The notes under the pieces are model-generated. The model did not search any database, had not been told where the DNA came from, and saw nothing but the letters and a program-made list of their open reading frames with translations. DNA of 64,000 nucleotides from Mustelus asterias (taxonomy: Eukaryota). The stretch is from positions 744,001-808,000 of the forward strand of contig NW_027590138.1 of NCBI RefSeq assembly GCF_964213995.1. The letters run 5' to 3'. Every line of letters starts with the position of its first letter. The stretch's first letter is position 1. A program made the position numbers and the translations under genes. Positions 12,197 through 23,744 of this stretch are shown here, one piece after another.

Positions 12197-12964
12197 CTGG
12201 TGGTTTTAATTCTGGACACGGCGCTGGAGATTTTCAGCTGTGAAAAGGGACGGAATACCTCGGGGCTGATTTCGCCTGAGCAGAGAATGCTGAGAGCCGA
12301 CATGATTGAGTGTTCAAGATTTTGAGGGACATGGATTGGCAGATAGGAGTAGTCGTTTCCCCATAGTAGAAGGATGAACAACCAGGCGGCAGAGATTTAA
12401 GGTATGAAGAAAGATATTAAGAGAGGGTCAGAGGGTGATGGCAATCTGGAAACCACTGCCTGAAAAGTTGTTAGAGGCGGGAACACCAACATTAAGAACA
12501 CGGAAGAACGATTTAGAAAAGCACTTAAAGTGCCTTGATATCACAGGCAGTCACATTCGCCACACCTCTGGAGCACATCTCTTTTGTCCATGTGTGAACA
12601 AAGGCTGACGGGAGAAGATTTCTATTTGTTGCATCGTTCAGACATCTCTGATTAACTGTTAGCTGGTTACTGTGAAGTCGATGTTTATTGAAACCATGTC
12701 TGTTGACCCCTTCTGTCACATTCGTGATGACCGAGAGCAAACTGGTGGTAATTGGTTTGGCTTTATTTGCCGGTTGCCAGGTGGAAGCCAGTGATGCAGT
12801 TGTACTGAAACTGCTTGGCTCGGAGCGCGGCAAGTTCTAAAGCGCAACGTTTCAGTAAAAGTGCTGAAAGATTGCCAGTACCGGGAGCCTTCGTTGTTTC
12901 CAATGTCTCCACGGACATCTTTGTCTTGTAATCAATGCTGTCAGTGTAAGTGATTGTGGAATAG

Positions 12965-13145
12965 TGGGCGGCGCGGTTGCTTCACAGCGCCAGGGACCTG
13001 GCTTCAATTCCAGCCTTCAGTCATTGTGCGGCATTTGCACATTCTCCCCGTGTGCGTGTGAGTTTCCGCCGGGTGTCCAGTTTCCTCCCACAGTGTCCAG
13101 GTGTGCATGTTCGGTGGATTGCCACGTATTTGCTGTAATTGCTTA
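12965..13145 (+). mobile_element. Degenerate HE1-type SINE
   Basis: Core cacagcgccagggacc...cacattctccccgtgt shared with other copies. Confidence 0.7.
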
Positions 13146-13257
13146 TAAGATGATAGAATAACCGTGTGACTATCTGGCAAAGTTTAGACAATGACCTGAA
13201 ATGCGGCAATGGGAAAAGCGATGATTATGGTCTCATTGCAAATCTCTCTTATGAACT

Positions 13258-13319
13258 CTTCTGGAGGTCTAGTGGTCAGGATTCGGCCCCGTGCCCGGGA
13301 TTGATTCCCACTCACGGGG
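13258..13319 (+). pseudogene. tRNA-Glu pseudogene (anticodon arm deleted)
   Basis: CTGGAGGTCTAGTGGTCAGGATTCGGC...GCCCGGGATTGATTCCC matches the 5' and 3' halves of tRNA-Glu, with about 10 nt missing at the anticodon. Confidence 0.7.
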
Positions 13320-13656
13320 TGAACATTTTGTTTGTTTAATTCTTCATTAAATGAAATTAGGCCTCACATCATCTGTGAAGGGAGAAACAAGGTTAATCTT
13401 CAAGCTGGATGAATTGTATCAGAGGTGGAAAAGTCAGAGATGTAACAACAAATATAAACTCAGAAAAAGAATATTTAACGGCAGGCACACGGCAAACATT
13501 GATCGTTTGAAGTAACTGGCACATGTCAAATTCGGTCCCTTACAAGCCACATATTTTAACTCCCTGCTCTCCCGCTCAGACATATCTATTTCCATCTGAA
13601 AATGTAGTCTGTTCCAGGATTGTTATACATTTATTGCAACGCAATTGCTAAAGATT

Positions 13657-13679
13657 GGCTCCATAGCTCAGTGGTTAGA
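13657..13679 (+). pseudogene. 5' fragment of a tRNA-Thr-like gene
   Basis: GGCTCCATAGCTCAGTGGTTAGA matches the 5' end of vertebrate tRNA-Thr(TGT) as I recall it. The rest is absent. Confidence 0.5.
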
Positions 13680-13699
13680 CTCAGTTAGACTTACACTCA

Positions 13700-14300
13700 G
13701 TCTGTCTACAAGGATGGTCTCTTTCCGAATGTTCATAATTAAAAGGCAGCTTTCCCCAGGAGATGGCTGACATTTAAGGGGACAGTAAATGAATATAGGA
13801 CAGAGATATGTCTCGTGTTATTATATGGTACACAGATTAGTTACATTATTTATGTTTCTGTAATAAAATATATTTATTATTATTTCTTGCATTGTAATAT
13901 AATGCAGCAGCGATGTTATACATTTCCAGTCATAAAGTTGTTACAGCACAGAAGGAATCCATTCGGTAACTCGAGTCCATGCCCACTCTCTGTATAACAT
14001 TCCAGTCCCATTCCCACTCTATATCCCATTCTCCTGAAAGTTTATTTCCATCAAGTGCCCATCCACTTTCATTTTTAAATAGAATCCATAGATATGGATG
14101 GAGATTTACAACTTTTTGGGAATGAAATAGGAAAGAATGTTCCAGAGAAACTAGAATTGTCTGCTCTGAATTTCTATCCTATTCTGACTGTGATGACTTT
14201 TGCAAACTCATTTCACAGGATTTTGAACGAGGAATCACAGGCAAAAATCTCAACCGTCACGTCTAGACAGAGTCATATTCCTTGGGATCTGAATATCTTG
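13700..14300 (+). pseudogene. Remnant of a ZNF gene (intron and start of coding exon, no fingers)
   Basis: 13700-14030 is similar to 57305-57610. 14100-14300 is similar to the ZNF exon start at 47545-47735 (acceptor ttcacag/GATTTTGAA). Confidence 0.65.
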
Positions 14301-14917
14301 TAATATGGAACTGTAGCTACGTTATATATTTCCAGACATCTCTTTCCTCAGAGGGTTGTGAGTCTTTTGGATTTCTCTTCCAAAGGGACCAGTGGAGGCT
14401 GAGGATCATTGAATATATTCCAGTTAGACAGATCTTTGACTGACAAGGGTGTCAAGGATTATGGGGAACAGACAAGGATGTGGTAAAGCTTTGGAATTCT
14501 CAACCCCTGAGGACAGTGAAACCTCAGTCATCAACTATTTTCAAGAGGGCGATTGATTGGTTTCTAGATATTGAGGATATCAAGGGATATGGGTTCAGTG
14601 TGGGGAGAATAATGCTGAGGTAGATGAACGAATTATCTCCCTGAATAGTTTAAAAGGCTCGATGGGCCAAATGGCCGACTGCAGCTCCTATTTGTTATGG
14701 TCTCTGTGTCCAGGACAGGAAGCAGTGAGCAATAGATAACGCAAAACTGTTTCAATCAGTAGAATATTCGCTAATCCAAATACGCCAGTGTAAGAGAAGG
14801 AAAGGCATTGAATGATCGTGTTCACTTGTTGCACTGCCAGTTGTTCAAAGCTGGAAACACACTGCCTAAAATGGTGGCAGAATATTAAACATAAATATTT
14901 AGAAGGAAATTGTATGT

Positions 14918-17466
14918 AACAGACCACCCAACAGCTCACGGGAAGTGGAGGAAAGGATATGTCAGGAGATTCTGGATAGGTGCAGAAAACATAGGGCTGT
15001 TGTAGTGGGGGACTTTAATTTCCCTGGCACAGACTGGAAAGTGCTTAGAGCTGGGGGACCGGACGGGGAGGAATTTGTAAAATGCGTACTGGAAGGTTCT
15101 TTGGAACAGTATGTAGATAGCCCGACTAGAGAGGGGGCTATACTGGACCTAGTTCTGGGAAATGAGCCCGGTCAGGTCGTCAAAGTTTCGGTAGGGGAAC
15201 ATGTGGCAAATAGTGACCACAACTCTATTAACTTTAGGATAGTAATGGACAAGGATGAGTGCTGTCCTACGGGCAGGGTGCTAAATTGGGGGAAGGCTGA
15301 CTATAGCCGGATTAGGCAGGAATTGGTGGATGTTGATTGGGAGAGGATGTTCGAGGGTAAGTCCGCGTCTGGCATGTGGGAGTCTTTTAAGGAACTATTG
15401 ATAAGGCTGCAGGATAGGCATGTGCCTGTAAAAAGGAAAGATAGGAAAGGTAGGATTCGAGAGCCGTGGATAACCAGGGAAATTGAGGATCTGATTAAAA
15501 TGAAAAGGGCGGCGGACGTCAAGTCCAGGCAACTGAAAACAGATGGAGCTCTGGAGGAATACAGAGAGAGTAGGAAAGATCTCAAACGGGGAGTTAGAAG
15601 GGCAAAAAGAGGTCACGAGATGTTCTTGGCAGGCAGGATTAAGGAGAATCCTAAGGCATTCTATTCATACGTTAGGAACAAAAGAGTTGTCAGGGAGAAA
15701 ATCGGACCTCTCAGGGACAAAGGAGGGGAATTATGTTTAGAACCCAAGGGAATAGGGGAGATCCTAAATGAATACTTTGCATCGGTATTCACGAAGGAGA
15801 GGGGCGTGTTAACCGGGAGTGTCTCGGAGGGAGGTGTTGACCCGTTAGAGAAAATCTCCATTACAAGAGAGGAAGTGTTAGGTTTTTTAGGGAACATTAA
15901 AACTGACAAAGCCCCAGGGCCTGATGGCACCTATCCTCGACTGCTCAGGGAGACGAGAGGTGAAATTGCTGGGCCTCTGACGGAAATCTTTGTCGCTTCT
16001 TTGGACACGGGTGAGGTCCCTGAGGATTGGAGGATAGTGAATGTGGTCCCGTTGTTTAAGAAGGGTAGCAGGGATAACCCAGGAAATTATAGGCCGGTGA
16101 GCTTGACATCCGTGGTAGGAAAGTTGTTGGAGAGGATTCTTAGAGACAGGATGTATGTGCATTTAGAACGGAACAATCTCATTAGTGACAGACAGCATGG
16201 TTTTGTAAGAGGGAGGTCGTGCCTTACAAATTTGGTGGAGTTTTTTGAGGAAGTGACAAAAACGGTTGATGAAGGAAGGGCCGTGGATGTCGTCTATATG
16301 GATTTCAGTAAGGCATTTGACAAAGTCCCACATGGCAGGTTGGTTAAGAAGGTTAAGGCTCATGGGGTACAAGGAGAAGTGGCTAGATGGGTGGAGAACT
16401 GGCTTGGCCATAGGAGACAGAGGGTAGTGGTTGAAGGGTCTTTTTCCGGCTGGAGGTCTGTGACCAGTGGTGTTCCGCAGGGCTCTGTACTGGGACCTCT
16501 GCTATTTGTGATATATATAAATGATTTGGAAGAAGGTGTAACTGGTGTAATCAGCAAGTTTGCGGATGACACGAAGATGGCTGGAATTGCGGATAGCGAA
16601 GAGCATTGTCGGGCAATACAGCAGGATATAGATAGGCTGGAAAATTGGGCGGAGAGGTGGCAGATGGAATTTAATCCGGATAAATGCGAAGTGATGCATT
16701 TTGGAAGAAATAATGTAGGGAGGAGTTATACAATAAATGGCAGAGTCATCAGGAGTATAGAAACACAGAGGGACCTAAGTGTGCAAGTCCACAAATCCTT
16801 GAACGTGGCAACACAGGTGGAGAAGGTGGTGAAGAAGGCATATGGTATGCTTGCCTCTATAGGACGGGGTATAGAGTATAAAAGCTGGAGTCTGATGATG
16901 CAGCTGTATAGAACGCTGGTTAGGCCACATTTGGAGTACTGCGTCCAGTTCTGGTCGCCGCACTACCAGAAGGACGTGGAGGCATTGGAGAGAGTGCAGA
17001 GAAGGTTTACCAGGATGTTGCCTGGTATGGAGGGTCTTAGCTATGAGGAGAGATTGGGTAGACTGGGGTTGTTCTCCTTGGAAAGACGGAGAATGAGGGG
17101 AGATTTAATAGAGGTATACAAGATTATGAAGGGTATAGATAGGGTGAACAGTGGGAAGCTTTTTCCCAGGTCGGAGGTGACGATCACGAGGGGTCACGGG
17201 CTCAAGCTGAGAGGGGCGAAGTATAACTCAGACATCAGACGGACGTTTTTTACACAGAGGGTGGTGGGGGCCTGGAATGCGCTGCCAAGTAGGGTGGTGG
17301 AGGCAGGCACGCTGACATCGTTTAAGACTTACCTGGATAGTCACATGAGCAGCCTGGGAATGGAGGGATACAAACGATTGGTCTAGTTGGACCAAGGAGC
17401 GGCACAGGTTTGGAGGGCCGAAGGGCCTGTTTCCTGTGCTGTACTGTTCTTTGTTCTTTGTTCTTT
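14918..17466 (+). mobile_element. Young 5'-truncated CR1/HER1 LINE with uninterrupted ORF2 (partial endonuclease plus RT)
   Basis: 813-aa ORF at 14945-17386 with GDFN, SDH, PGPDG, QHGF and FADD, ending in a (TGTTCTT)n tail. Confidence 0.95.
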
Positions 17467-17894
17467 GAACAAAGAATCCTGTCACTTGCAGGGATGAATG
17501 ATGATTTGGAGAACTCTTCCAAAGAGACATAGATAGGACGAATGGCCTCATTCGCTGCTCAAAAATTCTATGATTCTCGTTGCTTCATGTCCCAGTCGCT
17601 CTATTTATTGTTCGAGACTTGAACAGTGAGCAGGTGCAGAATGGTCAGAGACTTCTGTAGATTTAACCATCGCTATTTCCGCTCCATTCGCTCCGAGTGC
17701 AGCTGAGAGTCATCGCACACTTCACTCCGTATCCGCGCCCGTTTGCTGCTCTCACTCTGACCCGATTGTGTGATTGGGCAGATTGCTGCACTCCTCTCAT
17801 TGGTTGGATGAGCAATGTAGTGGGACGGGCAACTGTATTTCTGTCTCTGACAGAGGATTTCTTTCACTGCAGAGTTACAGACTCAGGAAGGATC

Positions 17895-18640
17895 ATGGTG
17901 AACTATCTCATTCCGATCCTCATCATTATCCCACTGCTCAGTAAGTAGCTCTTGACGCAAAGGGGATCAAAGGATATGGGGCAAATGGGATCCGGTTATT
18001 GAATTGTATGATCAAACATTGATCAAAATGAATGGCTGGGCAGGATCCAAGGGCTGAATGGACTACTCCTGCTCCTATCTTCGACGTGTTTATGTATTTC
18101 CTTTCCGCAAAACCAAATGTTATTGCTGACAAATAATAATGATCGTTCTGATGACGATTTTGTTGAGGAATATTCGGCTCGTACTGATTAGAACCATAGA
18201 AAATTACAGCTCAGAAACAGGCCTTTTGGTCCTTCTTGTCTGTGCCGAACCATTTTATGCCTAGTCCCACTGGGACTAGGCATAAAATTACTTTTATTTA
18301 AACATTACTTTTATGTTTGCCCTTATTTTATGTTAGAATGGTGTCACCAAGACACGGTGCAGCAGTCGGATGCCAAAATAACAACTGAAGAGGAAAGTAA
18401 TGTCACAGTTACCTGCAACATGAAGACGAGCACTTCTAACCCTTATGTGTACTGGTTATAGTCAGAGCCCCGGGCAGCCTCCACACGACATGCTTCGTAT
18501 TATGGGAGGGAAACTGTACAAACACACCGACATCAGCGACCGCTTCCAGCTTCATTAAATAAAACTGTCAAGATTACCGAGTTAATGATCGGCAACACGC
18601 TGATGACTGACCGTGAGGTATATTTATGTGACTTAAACCC
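17895..18640 (+). pseudogene. TCR V pseudogene V2 (paralog of V1)
   Basis: Leader 17895-17940 (MVNYLIPILIIIPLL, gtaagt) and V exon from 18337 (WCHQDTVQQSDAKITTEEESNVTVTC...VYW). A +1 nt after W gives TAG, and there is a later -1. The 3' end reads DREVYLCDLNP. Confidence 0.88.
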
Positions 18641-18672
18641 CACACTGCGATAGCGGATCTGATACAAAAGCC
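18641..18672 (+). other. Defective RSS of V2 (CACACTG, 16-nt spacer, ACAAAAGCC)
   Basis: Spacer 18648-18663 is neither 12 nor 23 nt. Confidence 0.75.
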
Positions 18673-18681
18673 CCAGAGTAA

Positions 18682-18713
18682 GTGTTCCAGTTAGTGCTCA
18701 GCAGAGGGCGCTC
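18682..18713 (+). promoter_or_regulatory. CTCF-like site 3' of the V2 RSS
   Basis: GTGTTCCAGTTAGTGCTCAGCAGAGGGCGCTC has a near-consensus core CAGCAGAGGGCGC plus upstream motif. Confidence 0.7.
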
Positions 18714-19331
18714 TCACGCCGTGAGACGGTGACAATAAAGGCAAAGTCGCCATAGCCGCAGAGGCTGGAGGCGATTTAACCTGAGGATCGCACATCGCCT
18801 CAGGAGAGCGGTCGAGGTTGAGATGGCGGCAGCTTCATGAATGACCTCACCGGGTACAGATATTGATGCTTTGCATCACTAACCAGATATCCAGCAACTG
18901 AGCTGAACGACAATATTCTCATTGCTTGTTGTACCTGTCAGAGAACATTTGTGATTCACGCACGAGGACAGGCAAATCCCTTTGAATCTCAGACTTCTGC
19001 AATCTCGCACCTTTTATTTAATACGCTTCTTTCCTGCCAAAATGCATCACATCACAGTCGCTATTTTTGACTTTCTTCTTTGCATTGCTTCCGGATTTTT
19101 TGAGCTCTACGTATTCTTACTGCACTTTTTCGCTTTGTCTTTCTTTCATTCTGATTTGCATGTAACCTCTTCCATTTTCTTTGAATACATTCCCAACTCT
19201 CTTCATTTTAAGCTTTTTAAAATTTTCTGATTCAAGAAATGTTTTGCTCTCACCCCCCTTACCATTGGAATTTAATACCGCGCTTGTTGAAACACTGATA
19301 TTTCTGCGGAGCGGTTTTTGAAAACGGTGCA

Positions 19332-19370
19332 GGTTTCTGTACGGGACCTGCCTGTGTTTATTACAGTGTG
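19332..19370 (-). other. 23-RSS of V3 (CACACTG, 23 nt, ACAGAAACC)
   Basis: Heptamer 19364-19370, spacer 19341-19363, nonamer 19332-19340. Confidence 0.9.
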
Positions 19371-19703
19371 CCTCATGGTGCAGAAATAGGTGGCAGTGTC
19401 TGAAACCTGTACGTCTCTCACAGTCAGGATGCTGAGTTTGTTGCCTTCTCCGATCGAAGCAGTGATCCTCCCGTGTTGATCGGTTCCGCTTGTGGCCATC
19501 ACCAGATGCTGGGGCGACTGATTCGGGAGCTGTTTATACCAACGCACGGTGTCAAACGTAATGGAAATAGTGCAGTTCATGGATATATTTCTCGCTTCAC
19601 TGATAACCATCCGTGGAGGGAGCTGCAGCAACTCAGCTTCTCCGGTCATCCCCGTGCAGATCAGAGTGAAAAACAACAAAACGTCGATGCAAATCCTGAC
19701 CAT
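19371..19703 (-). CDS. TCR alpha/delta-type V segment V3, leader and V in one exon
   Basis: Continuous ORF MVRICIDVLLFFTLICTGMTGEAELLQLPP...MNC...WYKQLPNQSPQHL...DTATYFCTMR with no intron between signal peptide and V domain. Confidence 0.9.
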
Positions 19704-20324
19704 TCTCAGTTCACACACAACACCGAGGTCAGCTTTGAACCAGGAGATGAAAATTAACCCGGAACCAAGTATTTTCTTCGGGTTCAGTTCAGTGCCGTGT
19801 TTATGTTGAACTGACAACATTAGGCGGGTTCTACTTTAGCCACCCATACTGAGCGTTTCACACTGACACAGGCCCACACAGCCTCTGAGTACACACCTGA
19901 CACGCCCAGATTAAATATTTCTCACGGGACACACTGCTCTCTACTGGTGAATACTGGTAATTCCAGGGTGCAATTCTTCACTTGGATCTTCGACAAGTTG
20001 CAGTTCACAAGATAGTTATAAATGAGAACAGCTGTTTCCTCCTTCGTGTTATAGCTCTTTTATTGCGGGAGAGCTTACAACTTTCCTTCTGTTCTACGAT
20101 CCAACGATTGCAGTGCATTTTGCTCTCTCGTTCTTTCTGAAGTCTCATTCCACATTGTGACCAGTCCCGGTGTGTTAGTCCTAAAATATCGTTCGATAAT
20201 TTGGGAACTTGTGCAATGGGAACTGGTCTAGCCATCGAATGTATGTTACATAACTACAGGAGTGGCAACATTGACAATTCATAAGAATATTTCAAAAAAT
20301 AATAAGTTTGTTATCAGTGTTAAC

Positions 20325-21218
20325 ACTATGTTTCTGGATTTGTTCCTTCAATCAAAATTTCTTCAATAAAAACACGCGCTCCGATAATGAACTTAATGCA
20401 GTGTCCTTCTGCCCTCCCCTGGTGGAAAAAAGCACTACAATATACAACTTGAAAACAACCTGTTTCATTTTTGGAATCAAGATTGATTCCAACAACTGCT
20501 GATCATACATTCTCCTCAGTATGAAGTATATTTTCAATTTCTCTTCTTTTTGATTGCGCCTGGTGGTATTAAATCCGATTTTCATTGTTGCAACTCATTG
20601 ATCATCCGATGTTCCAACAATCCTTTTAGAGCGGATCACTGTGTCACTCCACCTCTATCTTCAGGAGTTCAGGTAGAAGTAGAATGGATGACATAAAATC
20701 TATTTCTAATACAAGATGCGGGTTGGGGGGAATAGTGGAAACTGGAACTAACATCATGAAACATAGCCAGTGTTAATTCTGACAAAATACCCAATTGATG
20801 GTGATGATCAAGCAGTTTGCCAAAACCGATTTCTGCGCAACCCGACATTTTTAAAAAATCATTATGTTAACCAACTTTAGGCTGCAACTAAGCAAAGCTG
20901 CCGTTTAGTCCTGCGTCCAAATTTCACAGTGTTGGAAACCAGTTGAACACTGGTGCAGGTACTTTCTCAGATGTGAATACCACCAGGCGCAATCAAAAAG
21001 AAGAGAAATTAAAAATATACTTCATACTGAGGAGAATGATCAGCAGTTGTTGGAATCAATCTTGCTTCCAGAAATGAAACAGGTTGTTTTAAAGTTGCAT
21101 GTTGTAGTCCTTTTTTGCCACCAGGAGAGGACAGAAGGACATTGCATTAAGTTCATTATCGGAGCGAGTGTCTTTACTGAAGAAAATTTGATTGAAGGAA
21201 CAAATGCAGAAACATAGT
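20325..21218. repeat. ~245-bp imperfect inverted repeat with ~405-bp spacer
   Basis: Arm 20325-20570 is the reverse complement of 20976-21218, with scattered mismatches. Confidence 0.9.
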
Positions 21219-22347
21219 TTGGACGAACCACCCCTTTACCGTGAACACGATTTTTTTTGTATAAGTATGCTGCGAATATTGCAAGTGATCGAGATCCTAA
21301 GGTCAGGGTCTACATGCGGAGTCCACCCACTCTCATTCTGCGTAAATCTATTAAATAGCCAATTCTAGCCCTCCATTCATCCCATTTAAAAGATGCTGTT
21401 TGGCTATTTACCACATTGTTGTATTCAATTCTCTCAGGACTCAGTGGCCTCTTGCATCAGCTATGGTGAGCTTTCACAGTTCGAGATCAGCTCTTTTAAT
21501 TTGGGCTCCAGCTATGATTCAGGAACAACATTAACTAATTTAAAATAAAAGCAAATTACTGCGGATGCTGAAACCAAAAGAAAAATGCTGGAATATCTCT
21601 GCTGCTTTGGCAGCACCTATAAGGAGAGAAAAGAGCTGACGTTTCGAGTCCGGATGACCCTTTGTCAAAGCTAAAATGCATAGAAAGTGGGAGATATTTA
21701 TACTGTAGGGTGAGGGAATGAAATATGAGTCATAGCCACAAAAACAAAGGGAAAGGCTGCTAATTGCAGTCCATAGAGGAAATAGTAGGTGTGAATGGCC
21801 AAACGGCAGAGAAGCTGAAATCAGAGGGTAAGCTGTGACAGATGAAGATAAGGGGGGAGGAGGGATATTGGTGGGAGAGAGGTAAAATTGGTGGGAGAGA
21901 GGTGAAAACGGGGAGAAAGGGAAGCAAAGGAGGAGAAAAGATAAGGAAAGGGGAAAGAGTAGGAGGCGGATAAGAAAGACAATACAGGAATAAAAGGAAG
22001 AGAACAGTTAAAAAATTAATAAAATTAACCGACTTCCTGTTCTCACTCCGCTTTACAGGTTGAAGCGATTAAATGGACAAGTTTGGGTCTCATCCCTTTC
22101 CAGGTCCCCGAGGGGGGAACAAACTCCTTAGTTTATTTCTCCCGACGCTGAGAGCCAAGGGAGCCGTGCGCTGATTGGGTCATTTGAAGACAATGGAATT
22201 CTAAGGTTGGATGTCAATGAATGACGTTGTCAGGAATGAACCAATCAACAACGGCCCGGATGTAACTCAACATCTCACCAGCTCTTGACAATTAAAATGT
22301 TAACTTCAACCCTCTCTGCTCACATCCGCCTCGACCTCTCTGCAAAC

Positions 22348-23239
22348 ATGTCTCCTGTGACTCTGAGCTTATTCCTCACAGCTGCAGCTCTACTAACCGG
22401 TAGGTTCACAAGTTACAAACTCTGCGTTTCACATATTTACCATTCACTGCATTCAATTGAGCAGTTCGATTAACGCACTGGTAAAAGTATATATTGATTC
22501 TAATATCAATTAGAATCATCTTTGTCTCACCAAGAGAGGAGGCAAAATACCTCAGCTGAATGAGAGTGAAGAGTTAAGGTGGGATTGCAGGCCCCGCCGG
22601 AGCCGCTGAGGGACTTTGACAAACTTGATAAAATCTGGATGAAAGCGTTGACAAACCCGAGATCTAAAACCCACGGACAGTTTAGTTTCCCCATCAAATA
22701 ACGTGAAACGAAGGCGAGGATCTGATCTCCTTAGAAGGTGTTCATTTAACGGAGTGTCATTTAACCGCGACAAACACGTTCCCGTTACAACCTGCGTGTT
22801 GCGGGATTTATATTCCTGTTTAGATGCTGTGATTCGTTTTTCAGATTATTGGCCAGGGTGACGGGCCGAATCCGGCCATTAAACAAAGTGAACTGACATC
22901 GTTTAATTTAGCATGACTCTTGGCTCTTACAGGACAATGTGGAGGAGATCCAGTTTCACAGATACCGGCTGCAGTCACAGTGAGTGAAGGAGATGATGTT
23001 CAGTTATTCTGTAATTATACAACTCCAAGCACTGACAATTATTACCTATTCTGGTACCGTCAGTATCCCAGCGGATCCATGGAGTACCTGCTGAGGAGAA
23101 GCAAATATACCGGGAACAAAGAGAGATTCCCAGGGGACCGTTTATCAGCAGAGCTCAATGATACAACCCGTACCGTCCCGCTGAAAATGTCTAAAACAGA
23201 GCTGGCAGACTTCGGGGTGTATTACTGCGCACTGAGACC
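22348..23239 (+). CDS. TCR alpha-type V segment V4 (intact leader plus V)
   Basis: Leader 22348-22399 (MSPVTLSLFLTAAALLT, G/gtaggt). V exon from 22933: GQCGGDPVSQ...LFCNY...LFWYRQYP...DFGVYYCALRP. CALRP is a typical TRAV/TRDV ending. Confidence 0.93.
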
Positions 23240-23278
23240 CACAGAGACACAGAGCTGGGCTGAACCTGTACAAAAACT
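23240..23278 (+). other. 23-RSS of V4 (CACAGAG, 23 nt, ACAAAAACT)
   Basis: Heptamer 23240-23246 and nonamer 23270-23278. Confidence 0.9.
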
Positions 23279-23325
23279 CTCAAAACCTCACTCAACATGA
23301 ACAGGATAAACAGGAGTCCCAAGAT

Positions 23326-23640
23326 GCACTGCTGCTTCACAGCTCCAGGGACCTGGGTTCGATTCCCAGCTTGGGTCACTGTCTGTGTGGAGTTTGCACA
23401 TTCTCCCTGTGTCTGCGTGGGTTTCCTGCGGGTGCTCCGGTTTCCTCCCACAGTCCAAAGATGTGCGGGTTAGGTTGATTGGTCATACTAAAAATTGCCC
23501 CTTAGTGTCCTGAGATGTCTAGGTTAGAGGGATTAGTGGGTAAATATGTGGGGGTAGGGCCTGGGTGGGATTGTGGTCGGTGCAGACTCGATGGGCCGAA
23601 TGGTCTCCTTCTGCACTGTAGGGTTTCTATGATTTCTATG
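23326..23640 (+). mobile_element. HE1-type SINE, 5' truncated
   Basis: B box GGTTCGATTCCC, HE1 core and a CR1-like (tttctatga) tail. Confidence 0.85.
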
Positions 23641-23672
23641 AAGATAAACAGGAGTTGGGACGATGAGAATCA

Positions 23673-23744
23673 TGGTTCCACCGAGATTCGGACTCAGACT
23701 GCTGGATTGAAAGTCCAACGTGCTCACTGTTACATCATGAAACC
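23673..23744 (-). tRNA. tRNA-Gln-derived pseudogene with TTC anticodon
   Basis: GGTTTCATGATGTAACAGTGAGCACGTTGGACTTTCAATCCAGCAGTCTGAGTCCGAATCTCGGTGGAACC has a tRNA-Gln body with damaged A and B boxes. Confidence 0.75.

Noticed and set aside
15301-17551. Multiple antisense ORFs within CR1 copies
   Set aside because: Typical antisense shadows of RT coding sequence.
19272-19820. 182-aa ORF as a secreted stand-alone Ig-domain protein
   Set aside because: The N-terminal extension precedes the signal-peptide ATG at 19703 and the C-terminus is read-through across the RSS. Better explained as a V segment.
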